Assembly: GCF_036588685.1 (NCBI RefSeq)
Contig: NC_086381.1
Span: 34,720,001-34,784,000, forward strand
Length of the DNA: 64,000 bases
Origin: Mytilus trossulus
Lineage: Eukaryota
Direction: 5' to 3'
This document shows positions 13,780 to 24,699 of this stretch, in pieces. Numbering within the stretch: the stretch's first letter is position 1; the number at the start of each line of letters is the position of its first letter. Below the pieces are notes generated by a model. It worked only from the letters and a program-made list of their open reading frames with translations, did not search any database and was not told the origin of the DNA. The translations under genes and the position numbers were made by a program.

Positions 13780-16145
13780 TGGGGTAACTTCTGGTCACCT
13801 TATTCATATATAGGATTTGGTGACCTCTGGTCACCTTCTGTAAATATTGGATTTGGTGACCTCTGGTCACCTTATGTAAATATTAGATTTGGTAATCTCT
13901 GGGATCTTATGTTAATATTGGATTTGGTTCCGTCTGGTCATCTTATGCAGATTTCAGATTTGGTTATCTCTGGTAATTAACATTTTCATACAACTAGTTG
14001 ATGTTTTTCATATCATTTGTAAAAAGTTTGAGACAATCAAAGAAAAAGAGAAAAGAAGAAGAACAGGTTTGATATACATTATACATGTTATAGGTCAACA
14101 AGAATATAGAATATTATTTTATTAAGTTTGATATATCGATTAAACTTTACACAATGAACATTATCTTTCACGATCATCTACAAACAAATCTAAGAAAAAT
14201 CCTTGATCTTTCAAACATTGCCAAGGACATGGACAGTTGATAATTTAGTCAATTTCTTTTAATCCTCATCAGACACTTTTGGATACATAAAATTTAATTT
14301 ACTAATACAATTATCATATGTAGATGAGAGTGGTACGTATGCATTTAATTTATTGTAATAAATATTTAATATGATGGAAACACACAGAATGTTTATATAA
14401 TGCTGCAACTATTCAACTATTATTCTTTTTGAACTTAATAATTGCAATCGTTTCTGGTAAAATGGCCACTCAGGCTTGATTGAACAAATCATTTTTTGTT
14501 TATTGATTACCTTACACAAATATTTATTTTGATTACATGTGGTCATCGTAACCAGAAATGGGATTTGATAACCTCTAGTGGCCTTAGCATGCTAGAATGG
14601 GGAAACTTCTGGTCCCCTTATTCATATAATGGAATTGGTGACCTCTGGTCACCTTTTGATAATATTGGCTTTGGTGACCTCTGGTCACCTTGTGTTAATA
14701 TTGTATTTGGTAACCTCTGGTCACCTTATTCATATATTAGATTTGGTTACCTCTGGTCACCTTATTCATAGTTTAGATTTGGTTACCTCTGGTCACCTTA
14801 TTCATATTTTAGATTTGGTTACCTCTGGTCACCTTATTCATATTTTAGATTTGGTGACCTCTGGTCACCTTATGATAATATTGGATTTGGTTATCTCTGG
14901 TCACCTTATGTTAATATTGGATTTGGTTATCTCTGGTTTCCTTATGTTTATATTGGATTTGGCTATCTCTGGTCACCTTATGTTAATATTGGATTTGGTT
15001 ATCTCTGGTCTCCTTATGTTTATATTGGATTTGGTTACCTCTGGTCACCTTATGTTAATTCTAGCTTTGGTTACCTCTGGTCACCTTATGTTAATATTAG
15101 ATTTGGTGACCTTTGGTCGTCACCTTATTTAAATAATGGATTATGTTACTTCTTGTCACCTCATTCATATATTAGATTTGGTGACCTCTGGTCACTTATG
15201 TTAATATTGGATTTGGTAATCTCTGGTCACCTTATGTTTATATTGGATTTGGTTATCTCTGGTCCCCTTATGTTTATATTGGATTTGGTGTACCTCTGGT
15301 CACCTAATGTTAATTCTAGCTTTGGTTACCTCTGGTCACCTTATTTAAATATTAGATTTGGTGACCTCTGGTCACTTTAGGTTAATATTGGATTTGGTTA
15401 TCTCTGGTCATCTTATGTTATAGAATATTATTACATGAAGTTTTATATGCCTATAAAACTTAACACAATAGACATTATCTTTCATGATCATCTACAAACA
15501 AATATAAGAAAAATCCTTGACCTTGCAAACATTGCCAAGATCATTGGCAGTTGATAATTAAGTAAAATAATACTGATCCTCATAAGATAATTGAATTTAC
15601 TAATACATTTATCATTTATTTATATTCTTTTTTCAGAAGTCCTCAGAAAATGTAGATGAGAATGGTATGTATGCATTTAATTTATTTTGTCAAACCTTTA
15701 ATATAATGAAAACATACACTATGCTTATATAATGCTGCAAATATAATTCTTTTTGAACTTAAATCTTGCAATTGTTTCTGGTAAAATGACCACTTAGGCT
15801 TGATTGAACAAATCATTTTTTTTGTTTCTTGATTACCTTACATAAATATTTAATATTGATTACATCTAAACAAGAAATGGGATTTGTTAACCTGTGCTGG
15901 CCATAACATGCTAGAATGGGGTAACTTCTGGTCACCTCATTCATATATTGGATTTTGTGACATCTGGTCACCTTGTGTTATTAGATTTGGTGACTTCTTG
16001 CCACCTTTTGTTAATATTGGATTTGGTGACCTCTGGTCACCTTATGTTATTAGATTGGGTGACCTCTGGTCACCTTATGTTAATATTTGATTTGGTTACC
16101 TCTGGTCACCTAATGCTGATTTCAGATTTGGTTACCTCTGGTCAT
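13780..16145 (+). repeat. Left arrays of a 36-bp tandem unit in three blocks (~13780-13980, ~14600-15415, ~15920-16145) within a triplicated segment
   Basis: Unit ~TTGGATTTGGTGACCTCTGGTCACCTTATGTTAATA, seen as 12-aa periodicity in the ORF track. Flanking non-array sequence is itself repeated (GTAGAT.AGA.TGGTA.GTATGCATTTAAT at ~13510, 14320, 15652). Confidence 0.92.
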
Positions 16146-18489
16146 CAAAACATAAGTCATGTTATGTTTTTTTATCATTTGTAGGAATTGTAAGACAATC
16201 AAAGAAAATGAAAAAAAGAACAAGAACAGGTTTGATATGCATTACTGGTTCAGCAAAACTATATTTTATTGTATATTAGTCAATACACTTGATTCTCAAA
16301 GAAAACAGTTTTTGCTGGTTAAATTACATATATTGGTGATCTCGTGGTTTTTTTTTAAAGCATTCATAGAGTAGTTACATGGTAGGTAAGGAATTGTGAA
16401 TGGGTCGAAAGGAACATTCAAACTAAAATTTGGAGAACAAACTGACAAAGCTGGACCAAAAAATTAAAAAAGATTGAAATTCAAATTGCAATCATTATAA
16501 TTCAATATAGAAAAAATAAAACTGAGCAACATAAACCCACCAAAAACCAGGGTGGTCTCATGTTATCTAGAATGGTTAGCAAATCCAGCTCATTATGCGG
16601 TGCCCATGATATTGTTCATGCTTGAGTTTAGGATCCCTTGGTATATTACTGTATCATTAGAAATCATATGTCTACTGTGAATCATATACATGTCACTTTG
16701 CCAATCTGTAAGACATTTTTTTAAGTTGTAAGAAATTTCATAACGGTGCCTAATATGTCTTATTCCATATATTTTTCAGCTTAACTGCAAGAAAAGATCA
16801 CAACTGTATCTCACCTCAGTTCCAGGTGATGTTGACTATCAAGTTAAATGCTTTAACCGAGGCTCCTGTCGATAACGAATCAACCAAAAAGGCTGTTTTC
16901 CGAAAAAATGAAAGGGACATCTGCCCAAAAAAAGGATGACAATGAAAAAACTATGTAAGTGTTTGAGGGGAATTCAATTGTTCAGATTTTACGAACATTG
17001 GATCTATAATGGCTACAAAAGCAATCGTCTTCTTGGCATCCTTATTACATACTAAGAGTATGGAATAAAATACACAATAGAAAATGCAAACAACTAGATT
17101 AACATGAAATATATAAAACATACATTTTCCAAATACCATGATCATTATGTATTCATCTTCTTAACAATCAATTATACACTGAGTATTCTCATCTATTTTT
17201 CAATAATTATTCTAGACTAAATTTGAAACAAAATTCAGTTCATAAATTCATAATCAAGTCTATAATGCAATCTATCTTTTTGCACTCGAGGTCTACAAAT
17301 GTATTATATAGAAAATGAACAATTGTGTTAATTGCGAATGGAAATGATTCAAACACAAACATACTACCAGCTGTTCAAAAATAGATTTTGTTAGAATATA
17401 ACTCTATGGACACGTGTAATATGCCAAAGAGAAAACAACCCGACCAAAACGTAAAAACAACTCAAGGTTGTGCAAGTTTCATATTTCTCTGTGTACTAAA
17501 TAATAAACTTATCAAAGCAAACTGACATGCAATCAATCATTTTAAAATTAATCGCATCGTTAGAATACGAACTATAAAATCATATACAATCTACTTCTTA
17601 CAGGTCATAAACGTAAAACAATCCACACTACATTTTTATCGGAAAGCTAGGTAGAACAATTGATGTACAAATTACTATTTGATTTGGCCTTACAATTCGA
17701 TTTGGTCCTATGTTTTATTGTAGATATGTATAAAATTGCTATTCTCATTTATTTTTAAACGGTTTAACATGCTCTGTTTTATTGTAGCTAGGAAACATTT
17801 GAAATTATTGAATAAAATATTTGTTATTAATGACATAAATTAAGCATTATAGTACCAACATACTAAAACATTTTAAAAAGAATATTTAAGTCAATTAAAT
17901 ACATTTTTGTAAAGTATTTTCTTTGTTCAGATTAAATTAGTCTTATTAAAACTAGAAGTCAGAATTAAAATAGTGTCATTATATAAAATAATGTAGGTAA
18001 AGAAATGTCCTGTAATAATAAAACTGCTGTCTTAACTTATATTTGCAGAGAATTTATTGGCCATGTTATAGGCGAACTAAATAAAACAAATGTTAACAAG
18101 GCAATTCATGGGAAAGTTTTGAGGCCTTTTGGAAGACAATAGAGACAATGCTGCCAGATAATGATTTATTAGACGCATCACACGTATTATCTTAACTTCA
18201 AACATATTTGATCATTTGCTTAAAACATATAACCTACTTGAGACAGCAAACAGACCTAGTCAAATGTATATATATATAGCCAATTTATCTGTTTGACAAA
18301 ATCTTCATTAGGGATAGGTATTAGTTATATTAAATTATATACATTTGGTAACATCAGTATCTTTGCAAAACATATCAAGAGCAAACTGTATATGTCCTAC
18401 TTTTAAAGCCTTTATTCACCAATGTAACATATACATTTTTTGAATGAATATCAAGAAAAAGCAGTTTTTCTAAATCAGTATAATATTTC

Positions 18490-21400
18490 ATTATTTTGGT
18501 CATTGAAATAGTTTACGAATGGATTCTTTCTTTCTGTGGGTCGATTTGAAACTGCCATCATCATTAACTTTACGCCCCTGTTTTTTACAACACATTTTCG
18601 GCTTACTGAAGAGTCATGATCAGTTTTTGAACTTTTGGATTTTCTGCTTGGAAACAGCGGATGTTGCTTTCGCTTTCTTGTTATTTTTGGAAAAGTTGGT
18701 TGTCTTACAAATATATAATGCCGTTGTGATTGCTTGTTAAATAGTCTTTTTTGTTCACGTCAATTGTCAGGAAGTTATCATTGTTTACATATATACTCAA
18801 TTTTTCTTTTAATAGCCTGTTCGGTTGTTTCTTTGTCTTCCTTTAATTGTTGTCTTGTTTCATCAATTGGGGTAGACTCTATGTCAGGTGATGAAAATAC
18901 CATTTTTTGCTACCATCACACAAATACAATGTATACCATGGCTATTGGCAAAACATGTACATTTAAATGAGGTCAAATAAACAACTGATACATTTCCCAA
19001 TCTGGACAAAACCTCTAGATCTGCGCCCTACAGTGAGGTCGATGTTCCTTTTAGACGCAATAAATTCAGCTTAATGAACATGCTTACACATCCATAAAAA
19101 ATAGGAGAGAATGGAACATAAATAATGCCTTATACCTTTATGGTTTACTTTCAATTGTACAACCTTCAAACAAAACCACTAATGAACATTCAGTAAAGAT
19201 TAACTTAAATTAAATCGCATTGTTTTAGAAAAATTGATGAGTCAAATGATTATTTGCACTTGTATAACCTGATGACGCCTTGTTGGAAGACAAAAACAAT
19301 CAAAATCGAGGAGACTCTTAACCCAAAAGACATTCACAACAGTAAAAAAATAAAACAATAAACAACGCGAATTCCACTAAAAACCTGAAGTAGAATTAGA
19401 TGCTCCAGAAGGCTAAGCATTTGTGGGACCATATACAGCACCCGCGAAATTAATAATCTTGATTTCAACAATTCTTACTTGATGGTGTACTTTTAAACAT
19501 TGTTGATCTGACTTAAGATAATAAAAAAAAAACATACCTCTTGTTGTTGCAGCTGGACAATTGCACACTACATTGACAATGTCTACATTATAAATCGTCC
19601 CAAATGCTGTCTGTGATGGAACAGTGCATTCTGTGGATGAAGTCCATTGTATCATTTGTTCAAGTTCTGCCTTGAGCATATTCTCTGCTGTCAATTTACT
19701 TTTGTCTTCCCTTTGTCCTCCCATATTTTTCAAGCGACTAATCTTTGCGAGTTCATCTATATTGCTAAAATTACGATGTTTTTTTTATTTGAAAACATAA
19801 TTCAAAGATCTATTAATAAATAATTTCTTAAAAAATTGAATTCACAGTATTTAATATTCAATGTAATGAAATTGCATCTTAAATTGAAATCATCTTTCTA
19901 ATTTCAGACGATTCAAGTGAACGATAAGAAGAACAGGATTGTGACAAAATTAAACTTACTTACTCATAAAACATAGTTTCATTTACATGGAGTAAGATTA
20001 TTAAGTCCTCTACTCTGCTATTGGCATACCCACCAAGGAAATGGTATTTCATGCCCAGGAAAAACCTGAAAATGACAAAATGTTATTGAGTTTGAATTTA
20101 TGATTTATGTTTGAAGGAACAAATAGAAAGTACATAAAATTTTAATGTGCATACATTTGAATGTTATAAGTAGCATTATATTTTTTGTTTTAATGTTTTC
20201 ATACACATCAGGTTTTGCTAGACTACATTTTTCATTTGTCTGCTTTTATGTAATTATCGACTTGCATTGACGATTATGATTTTTGTATTAAATTTGCATA
20301 ACCTATCATGAAAGAACGGCAATAATCTCTCCGTATAGTTAAACAATTGTATAGTTTATATCATTTTAAGTCTTTGGTTACCCACGAAGAAGTAGGATAT
20401 AGACAAAGTGTAACACTTTTTATACTTCAGGTCATAAAAACAGAGACAGTTCAGTTTATCCCCAAAATAAAATATAATTAGTTACTATTATCAAATAGAT
20501 AATGATTAGATGATGCTTAAAATTTCGATTTTGTAATATATAAGGTGTATAGTAATAAAATGTATTAATAACCTTTCAACTAAGTTATTTGTATCTTGAT
20601 CTTAATGAAAAAATATGTCTTCCATAGTTGGTCCATCGACATCCCAACTTGTCAGTACACCAGTTGTCTAACAAGTAGTCTGTTATTTGTTTGGAAGGCA
20701 TCTTCTTTTGCAACATTTGAACTTTTTGAAAAGTATATTTGTTGATGAAAATTTATATTGACACATACAGGAACAGAATCTTAAGATTAAACACGCATGT
20801 ACTCATAAGCATTGTATATTTATAGGTAAGATCTTCAAATCGCATCAAGCAACTCTTTGTACTTTTAAATTATTTTACTGATATAATTCAATAGAGATTC
20901 ATTGCTATATGTTTTAGTGGGTTCTTTTTATCTTTTATCAACCAAAATTTATGTTTTTTGTAAGTGTCACTAGTTCATGAGATAAATATTATTATGTAAA
21001 ATTATTTATCTAATATTCTTTGCCAAAATTCAACTGAAATTTGTGTTGACGTTAATTGTATTAAATTTGATATGCAGGAAAAGATGTTTCTTTAGATGAA
21101 TCTTTCTTAGCATTGTCTATTGGTCAATTGTTAAATAACTATCACTGCACGAATATGTGAATAATGTCATAGTTTAACCTGTAATTTTTACAGACAAATA
21201 TATTAAAAGATATAATTGAATGGCCTTTATTTATCTTTTATATCCATATCAGATTTGGTCTTGACTCCGAATGATGTAACTAACTGTAAACAAATAACAT
21301 GACGAAAATGGAGTGTTAATAAGCAATGATATTGAATTTGAATTATTGTCAACTTTGATACCCACAAACCTTGGACATAAATCAAATCCATGATTTTCAG

Positions 21401-21550
21401 CCGTAGTCTTCAGAGATCTCACAACTATTTTGACAACCAGTATCATTTGACGAGATATATTACAAAACATGAGTGCCCCGGCCTTGCTGTTCGTCTCTTG
21501 CAAAAAGAGCATAGAATGAATAACCATAGGCAGTTAAACAAAACATATGT
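18490..21550 (-). pseudogene. Spliced MULE transposase with SWIM zinc finger, decayed and 5'-truncated
   Basis: ~21545-21370 reads YGYSFYALFARDEQQGRGTHVL* with a frameshift. ~20720-20573 reads DYLLDNWCTDKLGCRWTNYGR..H*DQDTNNLVER. 20065-19964 reads FFLGMKYHFLGGYANSRVEDLIILL. 19764-19538 ends VPSQTAFGTIYNVDIVNVVCNCPAATTRG, then MCKHVH* from ~19091. The first two splice junctions are phase-consistent; the acceptor before MCKH is lost. Stops and frameshifts present. Confidence 0.85.
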
Positions 21551-21867
21551 TGTAAGTTTATTGTCCCACAGTTAAACTTTTTTTTAAACGTATCAATATT
21601 TTAAATTGAAATTTCCATGATTATATATAAGTATATACCTTTATATGTAACATCTAAAACCACCACATTTTCTCCTAGTTTCATTATTCTTTTTCTTTGT
21701 GCTTCATTCTGGTAAATAATTACTAATGGTTATACCCCCCTACAATGTAAATGTTACATATTTATAAATGCCCATAAGTATGAGTATGAATTACATATTT
21801 TATGCTAAAATCATGTTCATATAATGGAAGAGAAGACGACAAACTAGCTACATTGTACTCATATTAA

Positions 21868-22144
21868 ATAACCTCAATTAAAACTGAAAAGACAAAAATG
21901 TAAACTCTATTGACAAAATATATGACGTGTGAACAAGTATAGCACTTAAAACAATCAAAGGGATAAAAAAACGAAAATACAAAACATCTATTATAAGAAG
22001 TCAGATATACGTTCAGTCTACAGAAAACTCGTCTGTACAGCTCTCATTGAATCATTTTACGGACAAAACATATACTTGTTCACACGTCATATATTTTGTC
22101 AATAGAGTTTACATTTTTGTCTTTTCAGTTTTAATTGAGGTTAT
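21868..22144. repeat. Perfect 74-bp inverted repeat with 129-bp spacer
   Basis: 21868-21941 is the exact reverse complement of 22071-22144. Confidence 0.95.
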
Positions 22145-22159
22145 ATTCACAATTTTGGA

Positions 22160-23620
22160 AGGGTGACCAGAGGTCACCATAGTCAATATATGTGTAGGGT
22201 GACCAGAGGTAACCATATTCAATATCTTTGTATGGTTACAAGAGCTAACCACATTCAACATCTTGGTAGTGTGACCAGAGATTACCAAATTAAGCATATA
22301 AGTAGGGTTAATAAAGTTACCTAAATTCAATATTTATGCATGGTGTCTAAAGAAAAATATTTGTTTATCTATGTATAGTGATCCGAGGTAACCACATTCC
22401 AAAAAGGCAATTGCTATATATATTTGTTGACAATGGCAAAATAATTAGATATATGTGTACAGCGACCAGAAGTTACTATATTAATTATAAAAGTAGCGCA
22501 AAAAGTGTGAATCGAGATATCCGATGCTAACCAAATTCATTTTTTGTGAATTGTTATAATAAGTAACATAAGTCAATTTATTGAATGTTGGCCAAAGGTT
22601 ACCATTTTCAATATCTTTGTAGGATGACCAGAAGTAACCATAGCTAATATCTGTGTGGGTGACCAGAGGTAACCATTTTCAAAAGATGTGTAAGGTGACC
22701 AGAGGTAACCTCATTCAATATCTGCATAGGGTGACCAGAGGTAACCATATTCCAAATTTTGGTAAGATGACCAGAGGTCACCATATTCAATATATTTGTA
22801 GGGTGACCAGAGGTAACCATGTTCAATATCTTTGTAGGGTGACCATAGTCAATATATGTATAGGATGACCAGAGGTAAGCACATTCGATATCTGTAATGG
22901 TTAACCAGAGGTTACCTTTTTCAATATTTGTGTAGATTGATCAGAGGCTACAACGTTCAATATATGAGTAGAGTGAACGAAGTTTACAAAATTTAATATT
23001 TAAGTAGGCTAAATATAGGTAACCAAATTCAATATGTATGCACGGTGACTAGAGATAACCAAATTATATATTTGTGTATGATAAGAGGTATCCAAATTCA
23101 AAATATGTGAAGGGTGACCAGAGGTAACCCCATTCAGTTGATGTGTGGGGTCACTTGAGGTATTTAAAGTTCATAAATGTATAGAGTGACCAGAGGTCAC
23201 CACAATCAATTATGTAAAAGGTGACAAGATGTAACAAAATTCAATATCTGAGAAGGCTTGCGGGGGTGACCAGAAGTAACCAAATTCAATATCTTTTAAT
23301 GTTTAAGAGAATTTAATGCATGTGTTGGGTGACCACAGGTAACCAATTTCAATATATGTGTAGGGTGACCAGAGGTCACCACAGTTAATATCTGAAATGT
23401 GACAGGATGTAACAAAATTCTATATCTGTTTAAGGTGGCAAGGTTGACCAGAGGTTACAAAATTCAGTATCTAATTAATTGTAGGTAAATTCAATATATG
23501 TAAAGGGTGATCAGAGGTTACCAAATTCAATATATGTGTAGGGTGACCAGAGGTCACCACAATTAATTATGTAAAGGGTGGTAAGATGTAACGAAATTCA
23601 ATATCTCTGTAGGGGGCCAT
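22160..23620 (-). repeat. Right array of the 36-bp unit, inverted relative to the left arrays (~40 units, many diverged)
   Basis: Repeated GGGTGACCAGAGGT[AC]ACCA.ATTCAATAT, the reverse complement of the left-array unit. Confidence 0.9.
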
Positions 23621-24699
23621 TCAATATATGTCATGAGAGTGCAAAATAGGACATTAGGGTTTTTTTTCTAAAAAAAAAAAAGCCATGTCACTCGCTTTAA
23701 GATATAAATAGAGTAAAGGGTGAATCTTCTATGCATTTTCAATTGTTTCTTTTTAGTGAATTATTATGATTATTGATTATTTGGTATTTTCTTTACTTTT
23801 TGTATCTCTCTCAACAGTATCCTTTGAAATATGGTTATTCCGGAACTTTGCATTAAGCTAATATCCGTTTTATATAGCAGCAATTATAAACTGTGTATCC
23901 CCTTAGTAACGTACTTTCACTTTAAACCGGAAATCATGTACTATTTTTTGTCGCGTATAGACTCAATTTTAACCGTTTCTGTTCAGGTGACCAGTGGGCA
24001 CAGTTCAGCGTAACTATTATCCTTGTGCGTCTTTTTTTCTCGATTAGTTGTCTTCCAAATATATTCTAGAGTTATTAGAAATTGATGTATATTGATTTGT
24101 TCAATTTATTGTTTTTAATTGTCTTGTAACTTTATATGCATATGTCTATAGATATATTTGTATTTATTTCAAAGGTCATTATATTGATTTTACATAAATC
24201 CCATTAATTTTTCAAATTGTTTTGTTCTTATTTCCAAGCATTTTTTTTTTGTATCTATGTAAGATTGAAACTTAAGTATCTTATAGCATACAGACAAAAT
24301 AGTTTGATAGGCAGTTTATGTCAAGAATCATGCTGATGATTTGCGCATTTGACTTCCTGATAATTTTCGCAATTAGTTTTGGTAAGTTTATAAAAATATT
24401 GTTTGAATCCATGTTGTTTTTGTGTGTATTTTATCAAAATTTCAAATAATTGACTAGAAAATATTTAGAGGGAGATATGCAACCTCATTTGGGCATGCGA
24501 CAATCGATAAATATTCAAAACTTCTTTGAATGTTTGATTGTCCCATGCTCGTACCAAACAACTGCATGGTTTTGTGTTGTGTGTGTGTTTAAAGGATGGC
24601 GTACAAATCTTTGTCGTTGACGTGCACTAGATACCTTACTTTATTAGAATTACAAATATCTGATAATCTTAGCTAAAATTATATCTATTTATAGGTGTA

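Larger units (their letters stand above)
13152..24028 (-). mobile_element. Mutator-like (MULE) DNA transposon, 10,877 bp, non-autonomous, with subterminal tandem arrays (foldback-like)
   Basis: TIRs 13152-13194 and 23986-24028 (43 bp, 42/43 complementary). Flanked by a perfect 9-bp direct repeat GTCTTTTTT (13143-13151, 24029-24037). Internal MULE/SWIM transposase remnants. Confidence 0.92.

Noticed and set aside
14600-15415. CRISPR-like look of the 36-bp array (palindromic core plus variable linker)
   Set aside because: The linkers are homologous to each other rather than unique spacers, there are no cas genes, the context is eukaryotic, and the core matches the transposon TIR.
14496-16184. 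Repetitive ORFs (LDLVTSGHL / GFGDLWSP), also at 22109-22868
   Set aside because: By-product of a 36-bp unit being a multiple of 3; open in several frames and broken by indels.
13780-23620. Array core as an estrogen response element
   Set aside because: The arrangement is TGACCnnnGGTCA (everted), not GGTCAnnnTGACC. A transposon origin explains it more simply.
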